From positions 1 to 54,628 of the IMG/VR virus record IMGVR_UViG_3300033076_001036: 54,628 nucleotides of DNA; one strand, written 5' to 3'. Made by a program: the position numbers and the translations under genes. The notes under the pieces were generated by a model. That model was not told where the DNA came from, did not search any database, and saw nothing but the letters and a program-made list of their open reading frames with translations. The stretch comes from a virus (taxonomy: Duplodnaviria; Caudoviricetes). This document shows, piece after piece, positions 17,585-27,082 of this stretch. Position 1 is the first letter of the stretch. The number at the start of each line of letters is the position of its first letter.

Positions 17585-18699
17585 TAGTTAGCTTCCTCGA
17601 CGAATCCAGCTTGCGACTGTAACAGAACAGCGGCGCTACTCTTGGTGGGAGGTATTGTGGGAGTCAGTGCCGCTAGTGCCGCTGAAAAATATTTGTGAAG
17701 CGTGATAAGCACAGGCAAACTTGCGAGCGTGTTGGTAGTGTCCTGATTGTTATGAATCGTGCTAGTCCTGTGCGCGTCGTAAGCGCGGAGCAAATCACCA
17801 AGGCCAGCGAACACTTCGGACAATTGCCCAATCGACTGAACCGCCGGCAAGTTAGTCCAATCGACCTTAGAGCTTCCGTGAAACGCACCGCTATTGACGC
17901 CCGGCTGAGTCGGAGAAACAGCGGCCGAACCAACATCGTTCGTCATGTGCTGTCGGAACTTGCGCGCAATCTCGGAGAGGATCTGAGGATAGGTCGAAGG
18001 GCTAGGGGCTTCCTTGTACCCAGCGCTAATGGTGTTCGCGCCGTCGTTCGCAGCGTGAACAGTGGCTTGCGTGCGGTGCGCTTCGTACTTGGTAATCAGA
18101 TCTGAGATGATGCTAGCAGGGCTACCAATGACCGAGGTAGCCGTGGACCCGTCAAAGTATTGGAACATACTTTTGACAGCGGGATCGTTCATAGCTGCGA
18201 GTGCGCGCGACGAAGTTGGGTTGATAATGGCCGGAGATAGTTCGCCGTGAACGGCCGTAGTCGTAGCTCGAATGGTATCGTTCCAACACCAGATCACGAA
18301 CTTGGCCTTATCCGCACCGACTCCAAGTGTGCATGTGACACGCTGGCCGATGTAAACGCTAAGTGTTGAAGCCGCTCCGACTGGAGTCTCACTAATCGCT
18401 GTGTTTGGGTCCCCTTCAAACCGTCCGCCGTAAGACGAGCCGCGCGAGTACTCCTGAACACTCAGGACATACGTGCCGCCAAGATCGAAGTTTCCGGTTT
18501 CCCACACCGGAACACTCGACTCGAAAACCATGAGCTGATTGGTAGCAGCCTTATCAAGTTGGTTTCGGTATGCGCTCCCCGTCGGCGCATCCGTGACCCA
18601 CACCCGGACGAAGTTCGCGCCGATTCCCGTTGGGGTGAAAGTCACCCGGACCTTTGACCGAGGCACCGGGTAAGTGGGGTCTAGGGTCATCGTAGGCAT
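17584..18699 (-). CDS. virion structural protein (fibre module)
   Basis: Position in the tail module; beta-rich N-terminus; repeated YxAHR...HxxxD motifs. Confidence 0.55.
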   Translation of the reverse strand: MPTMTLDPTYPVPRSKVRVTFTPTGIGANFVRVWVTDAPTGSAYRNQLDKAATNQLMVFESSVPVWETGNFDLGGTYVLSVQEYSRGSSYGGRFEGDPNTAISETPVGAASTLSVYIGQRVTCTLGVGADKAKFVIWCWNDTIRATTTAVHGELSPAIINPTSSRALAAMNDPAVKSMFQYFDGSTATSVIGSPASIISDLITKYEAHRTQATVHAANDGANTISAGYKEAPSPSTYPQILSEIARKFRQHMTNDVGSAAVSPTQPGVNSGAFHGSSKVDWTNLPAVQSIGQLSEVFAGLGDLLRAYDAHRTSTIHNNQDTTNTLASLPVLITLHKYFSAALAALTPTIPPTKSSAAVLLQSQAGFVEEAN

Positions 18700-18702
18700 A
18701 GG

Positions 18703-18752
18703 AAAAACCCGGCTTTTTCAGGCGCAATTGGGACGCGACACGGGAAAGCCGG
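18703..18752 (-). terminator. hairpin with T-tract just upstream of the 18699 start
   Basis: CCGGCTTT...AAAGCCGG, then GTTTTT. Confidence 0.45.
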
Positions 18753-18762
18753 AAACCGAGAG

Positions 18763-18791
18763 TTGACACGAACCGACAATGCGGATAAGGT
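18763..18791 (+). promoter_or_regulatory. sigma70-type promoter of the antisense lipoprotein gene
   Basis: TTGACA-N17-TAAGGT, 9 nt before the ATG. Confidence 0.7.
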
Positions 18792-18800
18792 CAAAGGCGT

Positions 18801-19262
18801 ATGAAAAACATTATCCTGATTCTGGCGTGTTTATGGATTGGTGGGTGCGGTTCACATGTTCCCATTGGCGAGATCAAGATCTCGTCTAAATTCGACTCCG
18901 ATCATCAGGAAAAGATACTTCAGGCAGCCGAAGAATGGTCCAACGCTTTGCCAGAGTGTTCTATCAAGGTGTCAATCAGCGACGATGAAACAGCTAACGT
19001 TATTCCGTGGGACGATGATGTCGAGTGCCAGACAACTCGCGGAATTACCAATCTGGACTCGCATGCAATAAAACTGTGCACTAACGGGATCTTGTACCAG
19101 TTCAGGATCTCCGCTCTGCATGAGCTTGGGCATGCTCTGGCGGCGCGAGATGACCATGACGTCTCCGGGATTATGTTTTGGGCTTACAGTCGCGACAACA
19201 ATAAGCTAACAGCTGAAGATCTGGACTACGTTAGGTCCCGGTGTACCAGGTCGTCACAATGA
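18801..19262 (+). CDS. matrixin-like (metzincin) zinc metalloprotease lipoprotein
   Basis: Signal peptide with lipobox IGGC; HELGHALAARDDH; Met-turn SGIM. Confidence 0.8.
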   Translation: MKNIILILACLWIGGCGSHVPIGEIKISSKFDSDHQEKILQAAEEWSNALPECSIKVSISDDETANVIPWDDDVECQTTRGITNLDSHAIKLCTNGILYQFRISALHELGHALAARDDHDVSGIMFWAYSRDNNKLTAEDLDYVRSRCTRSSQ

Positions 19263-20145
19263 CGATTCCAGCCGCGCCAGCTCCACCAGCGCCACCCGTT
19301 GTAGCTCCGCCGCCACCGCCGCCACCGCCCGCTCCGTAGCCGGTCCCGCCTCCTCCACCGTTGCCTAGCGTAGCTCCGGTCCCGTTGGCTCCGCTCGTGG
19401 CCGTTACAGTACCGAACGCGCCGGAGGCTCCGCCGCCTCCCCCGCCTTGAGTTCCGGTAAATGTGCCACCGGATCCAGCTGCTCCGCCGGTTCCGCTTGC
19501 GTGGAGATAAGAGTTAGACGTTCTCATCCCCGATCCGCCCGCTGCTCCGGATGTTCCAGAACCAGAGGTCCCAGTCCCAAGAGACGACGATCCGGCTCCA
19601 CCGTTTCCGCCGGCGGTACCGCCACCACCCCCGCCGCCGCCTGAGCTACCAGCTCCTCCGGCTCCGTTTCCGGCATTAGACCCACCGGCCCCGCCGATTG
19701 ATGACACGGAAACCCCTGTTCCAACAAATGAACTTGTGGACCCAGCAGTTCCGCCAGAAACAAGAGTTGCACCACCAGCGCCACCTCCGCCTACGGTAAC
19801 AGTAACAGACGCAGGAAGATCCGATGCCCTGAATGTTGCAATTGAAACAGCGCCGCTTCCGCCGCCACCACCGCCAATGCTATTGGCTCCGTTGTTAGCG
19901 CCGCATCCACCGCCGCCCCCGCCCACAACCACAACATCAATCCACGCCGCGCCCGTGGGTTTGGTCCAGGTCCCGTTGGATGTAAACGTCTGAACGTTGC
20001 TCAGTCGGTTTTTGAGATAGTTCGTCCGATTGGCAAGCTTCTGGATTGCTAGGGTTGTTAGCGTAGCGGCGCTTGCGGATTCGCCCGCTACCGGCATTGA
20101 AACCGGAGTGTCAAACGTATCAGCGTCAGTTAGGTTAGTGCTCAT
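19231..20145 (-). CDS. glycine-rich tail fibre protein
   Basis: LANRTNYLK anchor; FTSNGTWTKP..VVVGGGGGG...GAAGIVIV Gly-rich domain. Confidence 0.8.
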   Translation of the reverse strand: MSTNLTDADTFDTPVSMPVAGESASAATLTTLAIQKLANRTNYLKNRLSNVQTFTSNGTWTKPTGAAWIDVVVVGGGGGGCGANNGANSIGGGGGGSGAVSIATFRASDLPASVTVTVGGGGAGGATLVSGGTAGSTSSFVGTGVSVSSIGGAGGSNAGNGAGGAGSSGGGGGGGGTAGGNGGAGSSSLGTGTSGSGTSGAAGGSGMRTSNSYLHASGTGGAAGSGGTFTGTQGGGGGGASGAFGTVTATSGANGTGATLGNGGGGGTGYGAGGGGGGGGATTGGAGGAGAAGIVIVTTWYTGT

Positions 20146-20159
20146 TTGTTAGTCCTTGC

Positions 20160-21395
20160 TTAACCCCAATCAAAGGCGCCATCCCAAACAGTTCCGTCAT
20201 CCCAGAGGAAGCCGTCCCAAACAACCGACCCAACTCCGTTGAGTCTCCACTTGGGCGCGATCCATGTGGGGATAATTCGAGTCACGGAGTCGTAAAGATC
20301 AACGTTCACCAGTCGGTTAAACTCGACGTTGCTCATTGTTGCCGGTTGCCTGACATCGATTAGGATTTGACACCGGTCCGAGTACCAGTCACCGCCGCCG
20401 ATGTTGTATGCTCCAGATCCTGGGTTCATTGGCCAGAACGTATTAGGCGACCATGTGTTAAGAGTATCGGTTCCGTTCAGCGTTAGTCCAATGAACGCGT
20501 CTCCAAGAATGCTTTGGCATAGCGCCGTTAGTTCTGTGTAAGTCGCGCCCTTGGACAGTCGCGCGAACGACGAAAGTCGATTGCGGTAGCTGTCTTCTTT
20601 TTCAAGCGGGCGCTGCGGAATGTTGTAAACCTTGCCCCAGTATTGGAGCGAACTTCCGGACGACTTCGTCACGCTTCCGGCGTTCCGGTATTGATCCGGA
20701 GGACGGAATGCAAAGTACGAAAAGAGACGAGCGTCCGCGATGTTTTCAACCGTGGTAAGCGCCGTTGATTTGCTTGAGTACGCCGATCCGCGTTGCTCAA
20801 TTACGTCACGGTAAACCATGCCAGCGTACGGTACCGGGTTCTCAGTCACGTCGTCTTGCTTTAACGTGCTCCCGCCGTAGTCGTAGATAGATGGCGGTTC
20901 TTCTACCGTGCCCCAGTCAGCCCACACTACGACATTGATACGCGCATCCGTCAAAGTTCCAGCGCTGTCACGGATGTAGATGTAAGTGTTATCGCTAGTA
21001 TCAGTAGTACAGAAAAGAGCGCTAGAACTGTCAGCTGTGGCCACGGCCGCACGCGGGCACATCGTGTAGCGTCGGCCTCTTTCGTCCGTGTAGAACGTCG
21101 GAGTTAGTCCAGTTGACCATTGAAGGTAAACGTTACCGGTCCCGCCTTTAGCCAAAACAGGCGCAACTCTTCCAGTTTGGTTGGCCGGGATCTGCGAATA
21201 GTCCTCGCCGTTCTGCCCGGTGTAGCGCTCGATTGTGCCGCTTCCTGCTGTGTTGATTGTGAGAACACAGAAGGGGACGGATCGTCTAGCCGAAACCAAG
21301 TCAGCGCACGCGCGCGAGAATTGAGAAGCCGTCCAGCCCTCTGTTGAAGTTCCCCCGAGCCTAAAAGGGAACGGTGCAAAAGCACCGAACGGCAT
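20160..21395 (-). CDS. baseplate wedge-type tail protein (gp48/I-like)
   Basis: Downstream of baseplate J; LQYWGKVYNI...YRNRL pattern; start revised (TAATG overlap). Confidence 0.55.
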   Translation of the reverse strand: MPFGAFAPFPFRLGGTSTEGWTASQFSRACADLVSARRSVPFCVLTINTAGSGTIERYTGQNGEDYSQIPANQTGRVAPVLAKGGTGNVYLQWSTGLTPTFYTDERGRRYTMCPRAAVATADSSSALFCTTDTSDNTYIYIRDSAGTLTDARINVVVWADWGTVEEPPSIYDYGGSTLKQDDVTENPVPYAGMVYRDVIEQRGSAYSSKSTALTTVENIADARLFSYFAFRPPDQYRNAGSVTKSSGSSLQYWGKVYNIPQRPLEKEDSYRNRLSSFARLSKGATYTELTALCQSILGDAFIGLTLNGTDTLNTWSPNTFWPMNPGSGAYNIGGGDWYSDRCQILIDVRQPATMSNVEFNRLVNVDLYDSVTRIIPTWIAPKWRLNGVGSVVWDGFLWDDGTVWDGAFDWG

Positions 21396-21946
21396 TAGAG
21401 ACCACTCCAGACCATGAGAGTGACGGTAGGATCTGACACGGCTGCGCCTGCATCGGTCCAAGCGCGGATCGTTACTTGCGTCGCACTGTCGCGGGTTACG
21501 CTAGCGAATTGTGAGCCTGTGCCGTTGAGCTGAACTATTGGCGACTGAACCGAAAACGCGCCCAACACACCGTAGTCATCAGTGTAGGATGAAGCGAATG
21601 TGACCGTGCAAACGCCGTTTGAAACCCGCGCGGCACTCGGGAATCCAGAAGGAGCGGAAGAACCAGAGTACGACGTTGCCCGGATTCCGGTCTGCATCAT
21701 TGCGCGCGAGATAGTCGGAGCGGCCGGAGATGTGTCGTTCATCGTTAGCGTAATGGTAGCAAACGGAATCACGCGACACATTGCCGAAAGGTCCGCCGTC
21801 ATGCGCGCAAACTGCTCCGCGCTTACGTCGGTTGTCGGATCTATGACTCCGCGCAAAAGATAGTTCTGCTTATTGAGATTTCCGCCGTAGCTCGTGAAGT
21901 CATTTGACCGAAGCCAAGCGGGATTTCCGGTGGGTACTACGGGCAT
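21395..21946 (-). CDS. baseplate/tail-associated protein
   Basis: Position; resembles the N-terminal part of the downstream protein (FARMTADL vs FSRACADL). Confidence 0.55.
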   Translation of the reverse strand: MPVVPTGNPAWLRSNDFTSYGGNLNKQNYLLRGVIDPTTDVSAEQFARMTADLSAMCRVIPFATITLTMNDTSPAAPTISRAMMQTGIRATSYSGSSAPSGFPSAARVSNGVCTVTFASSYTDDYGVLGAFSVQSPIVQLNGTGSQFASVTRDSATQVTIRAWTDAGAAVSDPTVTLMVWSGL

Positions 21947-21949
21947 AGA

Positions 21950-23464
21950 TTACTTCAGGTAAACGCCAAAGTGGCGAGGCGTTAGGATGTTGGGAGCGGT
22001 ATCGGCGGAACCAGGAACGGTGGGCGCGGTGGCTGAATTGTAACCCCAAGCGATATCGGTTATCTCTTGGTGATTATTTTTGAACGCTGCGAACGCTACT
22101 CCGGTAACGTTAGCCAAGTCCTCATCCGTTACGAGAGGACGGCGAAGCGCGGTAGGTAGTCGTCCTGCGTCCGCCGTGTTCTCGCCTGGCCCAAGCTGTT
22201 CTAGGTAGTCAAGCCACGTTGACCCGTAGCGGGTGAGGTTCAGTGCATCGGGGCTGATGTAATCCCCAACGGCTACCTTGGTTCCGCGCGAACTTGTGAG
22301 GATGCGATCAAGAGTGAGGTTCCACGCACCAGCTCCGCCGCTCACGGTAGTCACTAGGGCCGACTTAAACGCCATATCAGCCGGACTCCACCATGCTATG
22401 GTTGTTTGATTGGCAATCGGAGCGGTAGTGGTGTTAGCTGATACTATGATTTGAAAGCCTGAGTTATACGACGTAGTAACAGTCACTCGACCGTTATCGG
22501 CGCCCACGAGCTGAGGCCACGGCGTTTGGTCGGTCCAGCCTTGACCGTTTCCACCGCTAAGCGCGGAGCTTGGGATCGTGACCAGCAGCGAAGCGTCCGC
22601 TGCCTGGTCCGCGTTCGCCTGAACGATGGTTCCTGTATATACAGGATAATTTGAAAAGACTTTTTGACGGACGGCGTTTAGGAGTGCCGGTGAACACGCT
22701 CGCGACCACGACAATGCTACGCGGTCAAACTTCCGCACTGGCACAATCTTTTGAGTACCGGGCCCACCAAGCGCCGGATAAACGTAGCACTCCTGCACGC
22801 CGGGGAAGTTATCCAAAACCAGCTGACGAACTTGCCCCCAATTTCCACCGGCCGGGCGATTGCGTTCCGTGTTTAGGATTCGCGCGCGAAGTCGCTCCGT
22901 ATCTTCTTCGTCAACACCGCCAGTGAGTGGAATGGTAGCGGAAACACGCGCTTCAAGTTCAACGTTAGTAGGGGCTGGTGCAAAGCGAACAATCGATCCG
23001 CTAGCTAGGTTCGTTTTCGTTCCTACGTCAATCGCCTTGACGTTGATTTGAGCGTCGTATGTTGCGCCTGAGTAGGTGTAGTTTCCAACAACTTGACCCT
23101 GTAGTCCGTTCGGATAAACGAACCGCTGACCGTCACGGATAACGGTTGAGCCTAGCACCTGGCAGACAATTGCGCCGCTGGCTCCTTGCGGAATAACAGC
23201 CGGGATCCCTTTTTCATCCCGCTTCTTTTTGAGAGCGTCGCCGCTGGCCGTGAGGATGTTTTGATCATCGTCGGCCGCACGCACGTTAGTGACTGCGACC
23301 ATGCCAATGCCAGCCGCTGCGCTCGCCTTAAGATACCAATCCGATCCTGGATTAGTCGGCGGGACTCCGGTCATTCCAGCGTCAACCGCGCCGAGTCGAA
23401 TGTCTCGCAAATACTGCTGACGCAAATCCTCAAGAGCTGGCGTTAGGAGTCTTTCGTTAGCCAT
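21950..23464 (-). CDS. baseplate J-like protein (Mu gp47-like)
   Basis: ASGDAL, GTKTNL, LTGGVDEEDTERLRARI, PAGGN, VYPALGGPGT. Confidence 0.88.
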   Translation of the reverse strand: MANERLLTPALEDLRQQYLRDIRLGAVDAGMTGVPPTNPGSDWYLKASAAAGIGMVAVTNVRAADDDQNILTASGDALKKKRDEKGIPAVIPQGASGAIVCQVLGSTVIRDGQRFVYPNGLQGQVVGNYTYSGATYDAQINVKAIDVGTKTNLASGSIVRFAPAPTNVELEARVSATIPLTGGVDEEDTERLRARILNTERNRPAGGNWGQVRQLVLDNFPGVQECYVYPALGGPGTQKIVPVRKFDRVALSWSRACSPALLNAVRQKVFSNYPVYTGTIVQANADQAADASLLVTIPSSALSGGNGQGWTDQTPWPQLVGADNGRVTVTTSYNSGFQIIVSANTTTAPIANQTTIAWWSPADMAFKSALVTTVSGGAGAWNLTLDRILTSSRGTKVAVGDYISPDALNLTRYGSTWLDYLEQLGPGENTADAGRLPTALRRPLVTDEDLANVTGVAFAAFKNNHQEITDIAWGYNSATAPTVPGSADTAPNILTPRHFGVYLK

Positions 23465-23955
23465 TAGACAGTTACCGCGTCGTACTCGCCAGTGGTCAGG
23501 TCGGTATAGGACACGGTAACTACGACCCGTCCCTGAACACCGTTAACTATCTCCACATTAACACGGTCGATGGTGATTTGTGGTGAGTCCTCGGTTGTGA
23601 GATGAGACAGAGCAGAGCGCGCAGAATCTCCCACTTCGCTCACGAATGTGGGCCCGACCTTGTCTGGGTACTTAACACCTAACCAGGGAACAGCTGTGGC
23701 GCTTCCCTTCCAAGTTGAAAGTGCCAGCATAACCATCTGGCGAACTGGCGGCATTTGCGCAAGTTGCCCGGTAGCGGAATCCAGCTGATAGTCCTTGGTG
23801 TACGGGTTTAGGTAGAGTGACCCTTCACTTGGCTTTGGATTATCTACGATTGTGGCCGGCTCGCCAGTCCCGGCGGCCGTGATCCCGGCTCCCTGGATTG
23901 CCCATCCGCGACTCGTTTTCAGCGTCGTATAGTAGCGAGTATCTGTTAGCGGCAT
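23464..23955 (-). CDS. baseplate protein, gp46/gpW-gp25-like
   Basis: QMVMLAL.T.KGS..VPWLG; position upstream of J. Confidence 0.65.
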   Translation of the reverse strand: MPLTDTRYYTTLKTSRGWAIQGAGITAAGTGEPATIVDNPKPSEGSLYLNPYTKDYQLDSATGQLAQMPPVRQMVMLALSTWKGSATAVPWLGVKYPDKVGPTFVSEVGDSARSALSHLTTEDSPQITIDRVNVEIVNGVQGRVVVTVSYTDLTTGEYDAVTV

Positions 23956-23959
23956 GGTA

Positions 23960-24268
23960 TCACTCGAACGGGCAAGGGACGATTAGCGTAGGTAGAACCG
24001 GCGAACTAGGTATACCAAACGATGGGGCGCGAATTGGTATCAGTGGGATAGGTGGCAAATCCCCGAAGTCTAAATCCACCGAAAACGAGGGAATTGGAGG
24101 GGGACTCGGAACGCTTCCGAACGACGGAGCGCGGACGATGATTGTTGGAGGTGCCGGAAGTTCACCGAAATCCAAGTCAATCAAGAATGATAAAATAAAA
24201 AATAGACTTGGAATCCAGAGCGATGGTACCCGAAACGGGATCTGAGGAAGTGAAAAGTTACAGCTCAC
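23960..24268 (-). CDS. Pro-rich protein with internal duplication
   Basis: Two DLDFG[ED]LP...RAPSFG units; single Cys near each end. Confidence 0.55.
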   Translation of the reverse strand: MSCNFSLPQIPFRVPSLWIPSLFFILSFLIDLDFGELPAPPTIIVRAPSFGSVPSPPPIPSFSVDLDFGDLPPIPLIPIRAPSFGIPSSPVLPTLIVPCPFE

Positions 24269-24275
24269 AAGTTAC

Positions 24276-24965
24276 TCACGACCCTGGGAGTGCCACTGAA
24301 ACACTGTAGGCGGAACCAAACGAGAGCCCGGTACCAGGAGCGGTTGGAACCGGAGGGAGACCGGGCGCGACTGCGATCTTGTTCACTGGATCGGCTACTT
24401 TCCCACCAAGGATCACATTCCCATCTAGGCAGATTGTGTCACCGCTCATGATGATTGACGCCTTGCCGTTGGTGACCGCAAACGAACCAGCTCCAGCGTC
24501 TAGCTCAAGAATCATTCCTGCTAGTACGATCTGAAACTTTCCAGACCCACTACCGTCTAACAGTGCAACGATTGTCTTCCCGTCCTTGTCCTTTGAAGCC
24601 ATGACGGTTTGACGCTTGGCTTCCTTACATTGGACTTGTGCCGCTTGGCTAGGGCCGGTTGAGTGTAGGACAGAATCGCCAGGTTTTAGGTTTCCGACGA
24701 TGGTCGCACTTCTGGTATCGCGCGCGCCTACGTACGTGCACGGGCGCCCGTTGACGCCTCGCAACGCCACCGCCTCAGCTTTTCCACTGTCGTCCGCTGG
24801 GTATGGGAGTGAGGTTAGACCTAGCCCCTGATACACATCGCCGTCACCCAGCGGCTCTAGGTCATCCGACTCCGGACCAATGCGCAGCGATCCTTGCCAG
24901 AGCGCGACGCCTTTCTTGGCTACACTGGCCCCGAGTTCTACAATGTCAGCTACTAAACCTCTCAC
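24276..24965 (-). CDS. baseplate spike (Mu gp45/gpV-like)
   Basis: GLTSLP...EAV...LKPGDSVLH then beta repeats; downstream of the hub gene. Confidence 0.7.
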   Translation of the reverse strand: MRGLVADIVELGASVAKKGVALWQGSLRIGPESDDLEPLGDGDVYQGLGLTSLPYPADDSGKAEAVALRGVNGRPCTYVGARDTRSATIVGNLKPGDSVLHSTGPSQAAQVQCKEAKRQTVMASKDKDGKTIVALLDGSGSGKFQIVLAGMILELDAGAGSFAVTNGKASIIMSGDTICLDGNVILGGKVADPVNKIAVAPGLPPVPTAPGTGLSFGSAYSVSVALPGS

Positions 24966-24980
24966 TGTCGGTCGCTTTCC

Positions 24981-26162
24981 TTACGGTGCCGGCTGGTAAA
25001 GTCCAGGCATCCAGAGTGTCAGGTCCGTAGTGGCTCCGGAGTCCTGATCAAACTTGAGAGTACGAGACACGATCCAAAAGTTTCCGAATACGCGACACAC
25101 TTCGTCATGAACCTCGACCATGGTGTCAATCGCCCAAACCGCACCCGAGTCCGGATCCTTGTGTCCCTGAACTGTTACTTGATACACGAAACAGCTCTTG
25201 AGTCTGTCATACAGTGCACGGAACGCGGCCGCTTCTAGCTGCGAAGTGTTGCGGCTCTCGTCGTCCTTATGAACGAGCGAGCGGTAAAGCTTCCCATACT
25301 GGTACTCATCGCCGCGCTTGAACTCGCTTTCACGCATTGTAGCTGTGAGGATCGGAGCCACTGCGAGACCCAGCGCACGAGCTGACGATGGCACTTGAAT
25401 GGCACGGTAAGCTGGCTCTCCTGGCTTCCCGCCGACTGCCCTTGTGCCGCTGAATCCGACGAAACTTGGAACGCTGGAAAAGTCGCGACGCCTCACGGCT
25501 GAAACGATATTGTTTCGACCCCCGGAGCGACGGCGCTCCAATCGATAGAGCGGCGATTGCTTGTAGTTCGGTCCGGTTATCAGTACCTTTTGACGACTAT
25601 TTGTTGGCTGGATTGTTGCGTGAAACCTAGCCGCCAGGCGGTTCAGGAAATCAAAGCACCCGATCCCGTTGTCGGGCTTCATATCCTCGACTGTTAGATT
25701 GTTGTAGTCTGGATTGGGCTCGTTCTTATTGAGCCGTCCGGTGCGAACATTTCGCATCGTCACGCTTGAACCACTAACATCAGTGACACCATGCGGCTCT
25801 AGTACCGCTTTCGTCACGTCTCCTAGCGTCATTCCCTCTTTGAAAATCAAGCGAGGATCAACGCTGCATTCCGTGAAGTCTGCGATGTAGTCGCGACCCT
25901 CGTAGTCAATCGCGCTTCCGGTGTTGCCAAGTTCGCTCGCGTCAATGCGCCCCGTGAGTTGGGAAGCGCCGTGGACGAATAGTTCGACTGGCTGGCACTC
26001 AAGATCGTCAATGCTTGCTTGATCTTCGCTGTAAAGCGTAAACCGAAATGCGTCCGTCGCGACAATGAAGTGAGAGTCAATCTCCCACTTAGTCGCATTC
26101 GTGAGCGTTCGATTCTGCCTTTCAAGCTGAATCTCTAGCGTGGATTCGGTGACTTTTCCCAT
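24981..26162 (-). CDS. baseplate hub (Mu gp44/gpP-like)
   Basis: DAFRFTL, TGRID, EGRD..AD..ECSV, VQGH...WAIDTMV.V.D. Confidence 0.8.
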   Translation of the reverse strand: MGKVTESTLEIQLERQNRTLTNATKWEIDSHFIVATDAFRFTLYSEDQASIDDLECQPVELFVHGASQLTGRIDASELGNTGSAIDYEGRDYIADFTECSVDPRLIFKEGMTLGDVTKAVLEPHGVTDVSGSSVTMRNVRTGRLNKNEPNPDYNNLTVEDMKPDNGIGCFDFLNRLAARFHATIQPTNSRQKVLITGPNYKQSPLYRLERRRSGGRNNIVSAVRRRDFSSVPSFVGFSGTRAVGGKPGEPAYRAIQVPSSARALGLAVAPILTATMRESEFKRGDEYQYGKLYRSLVHKDDESRNTSQLEAAAFRALYDRLKSCFVYQVTVQGHKDPDSGAVWAIDTMVEVHDEVCRVFGNFWIVSRTLKFDQDSGATTDLTLWMPGLYQPAP

Positions 26163-27082
26163 TAGGACTGAGGGATCTTGACGGTCGCTCCGACTGGTAC
26201 CATCGGTGCCTTAGTTAATTCCGGGTTAGCGGCGATAAGAGACTCAACTGAAACGCCGTAAGTGGCCGCAATCGAAGTGAGTGAGCGAGACAGTGCGTTC
26301 ACAATTACGCGCGCGCGAGCTTGTTCAGCGTCGTTTCTCTGTGCTCTGATTGCATCGTCGCGCTGACGACGTGCTGATTGCTGGAGTCCGAACAGGTCAA
26401 GCGCGTCCGCTGTTCCACGGGTGACCGCATTCGATAGCGCATCTGTCACAATATCTTCCACACGCTTTGCTTGGTAGGATGATTGCTTGAGTTCGTTCAC
26501 CGTTGAAACGCCGAAGTTCTGATACTGGATCAGAGTGTCGCCAAGGTTGCTTTTCAGTTTCTTGAGTTCGGCTCGTTCCGGTTTGGTGGGGTCGGGTCGC
26601 GCGAAAGCTTTAACTGATTGCGAAGTAGCGGCACCCGAGTTTCGAGCACTCTGAACAGTTGGGAAGTCGAAAGCATCGTCTTCACCTTCCTCGGGCGCAT
26701 CGGTGAACTCGACTCGGATATCAACGCCGTCGGTGCGGCCCATATCGGTGTCATCGTTGTATGACGAGCACACGGCCCGACGCTGCCCGTAGACAGGATC
26801 CACTAGCACACCGGGAGATTTGTCACGGCACGCACGAAAGAACTTCTGAAGGCCTACCCCGAAAAGCGAGTCGCCGTAGTTGCCCTTAAAGATCCCGGAA
26901 CGCATCGGAATCGTGTAGGTGAAAACCAAGTTGTGGGCACCGGTCTGCTCCACAAGATCCTGATTCCGGCGTTGTAGCTTGTGTTGCACTGACTCATGAG
27001 CAAACGAAACCGAACGAGCCGAGATTGGCAGCTGCTGTCCACGCCATGAGAACTTAGGTAGTTTGGAAAATTCGGAAGGCAT
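26162..27082 (-). CDS. Mu gpN-like (DNA circularization N-domain) tail protein with C-terminal LysM
   Basis: SWRG...VEQTG...PGVLVDPVYG; SLTSIAATYGVSVESLIAANP LysM. Confidence 0.78.
   Translation of the reverse strand: MPSEFSKLPKFSWRGQQLPISARSVSFAHESVQHKLQRRNQDLVEQTGAHNLVFTYTIPMRSGIFKGNYGDSLFGVGLQKFFRACRDKSPGVLVDPVYGQRRAVCSSYNDDTDMGRTDGVDIRVEFTDAPEEGEDDAFDFPTVQSARNSGAATSQSVKAFARPDPTKPERAELKKLKSNLGDTLIQYQNFGVSTVNELKQSSYQAKRVEDIVTDALSNAVTRGTADALDLFGLQQSARRQRDDAIRAQRNDAEQARARVIVNALSRSLTSIAATYGVSVESLIAANPELTKAPMVPVGATVKIPQS

Noticed and set aside
18700-18760. Resemblance to a c-di-GMP-I riboswitch (GGAAAAACCC...GGGACGC...AAAGCC)
   Set aside because: Conserved elements are not spaced or paired as required, and the region lies upstream of the + strand promoter; a simple hairpin explains it.
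19260-19930. Dense CCG/CCA repeats
   Set aside because: Reflect the poly-Gly codons of the fibre protein, not a DNA repeat element.
13464-20145. Diversity-generating retroelement or invertible fibre cassette
   Set aside because: No reverse transcriptase, invertase or TR/VR nucleotide repeat seen.
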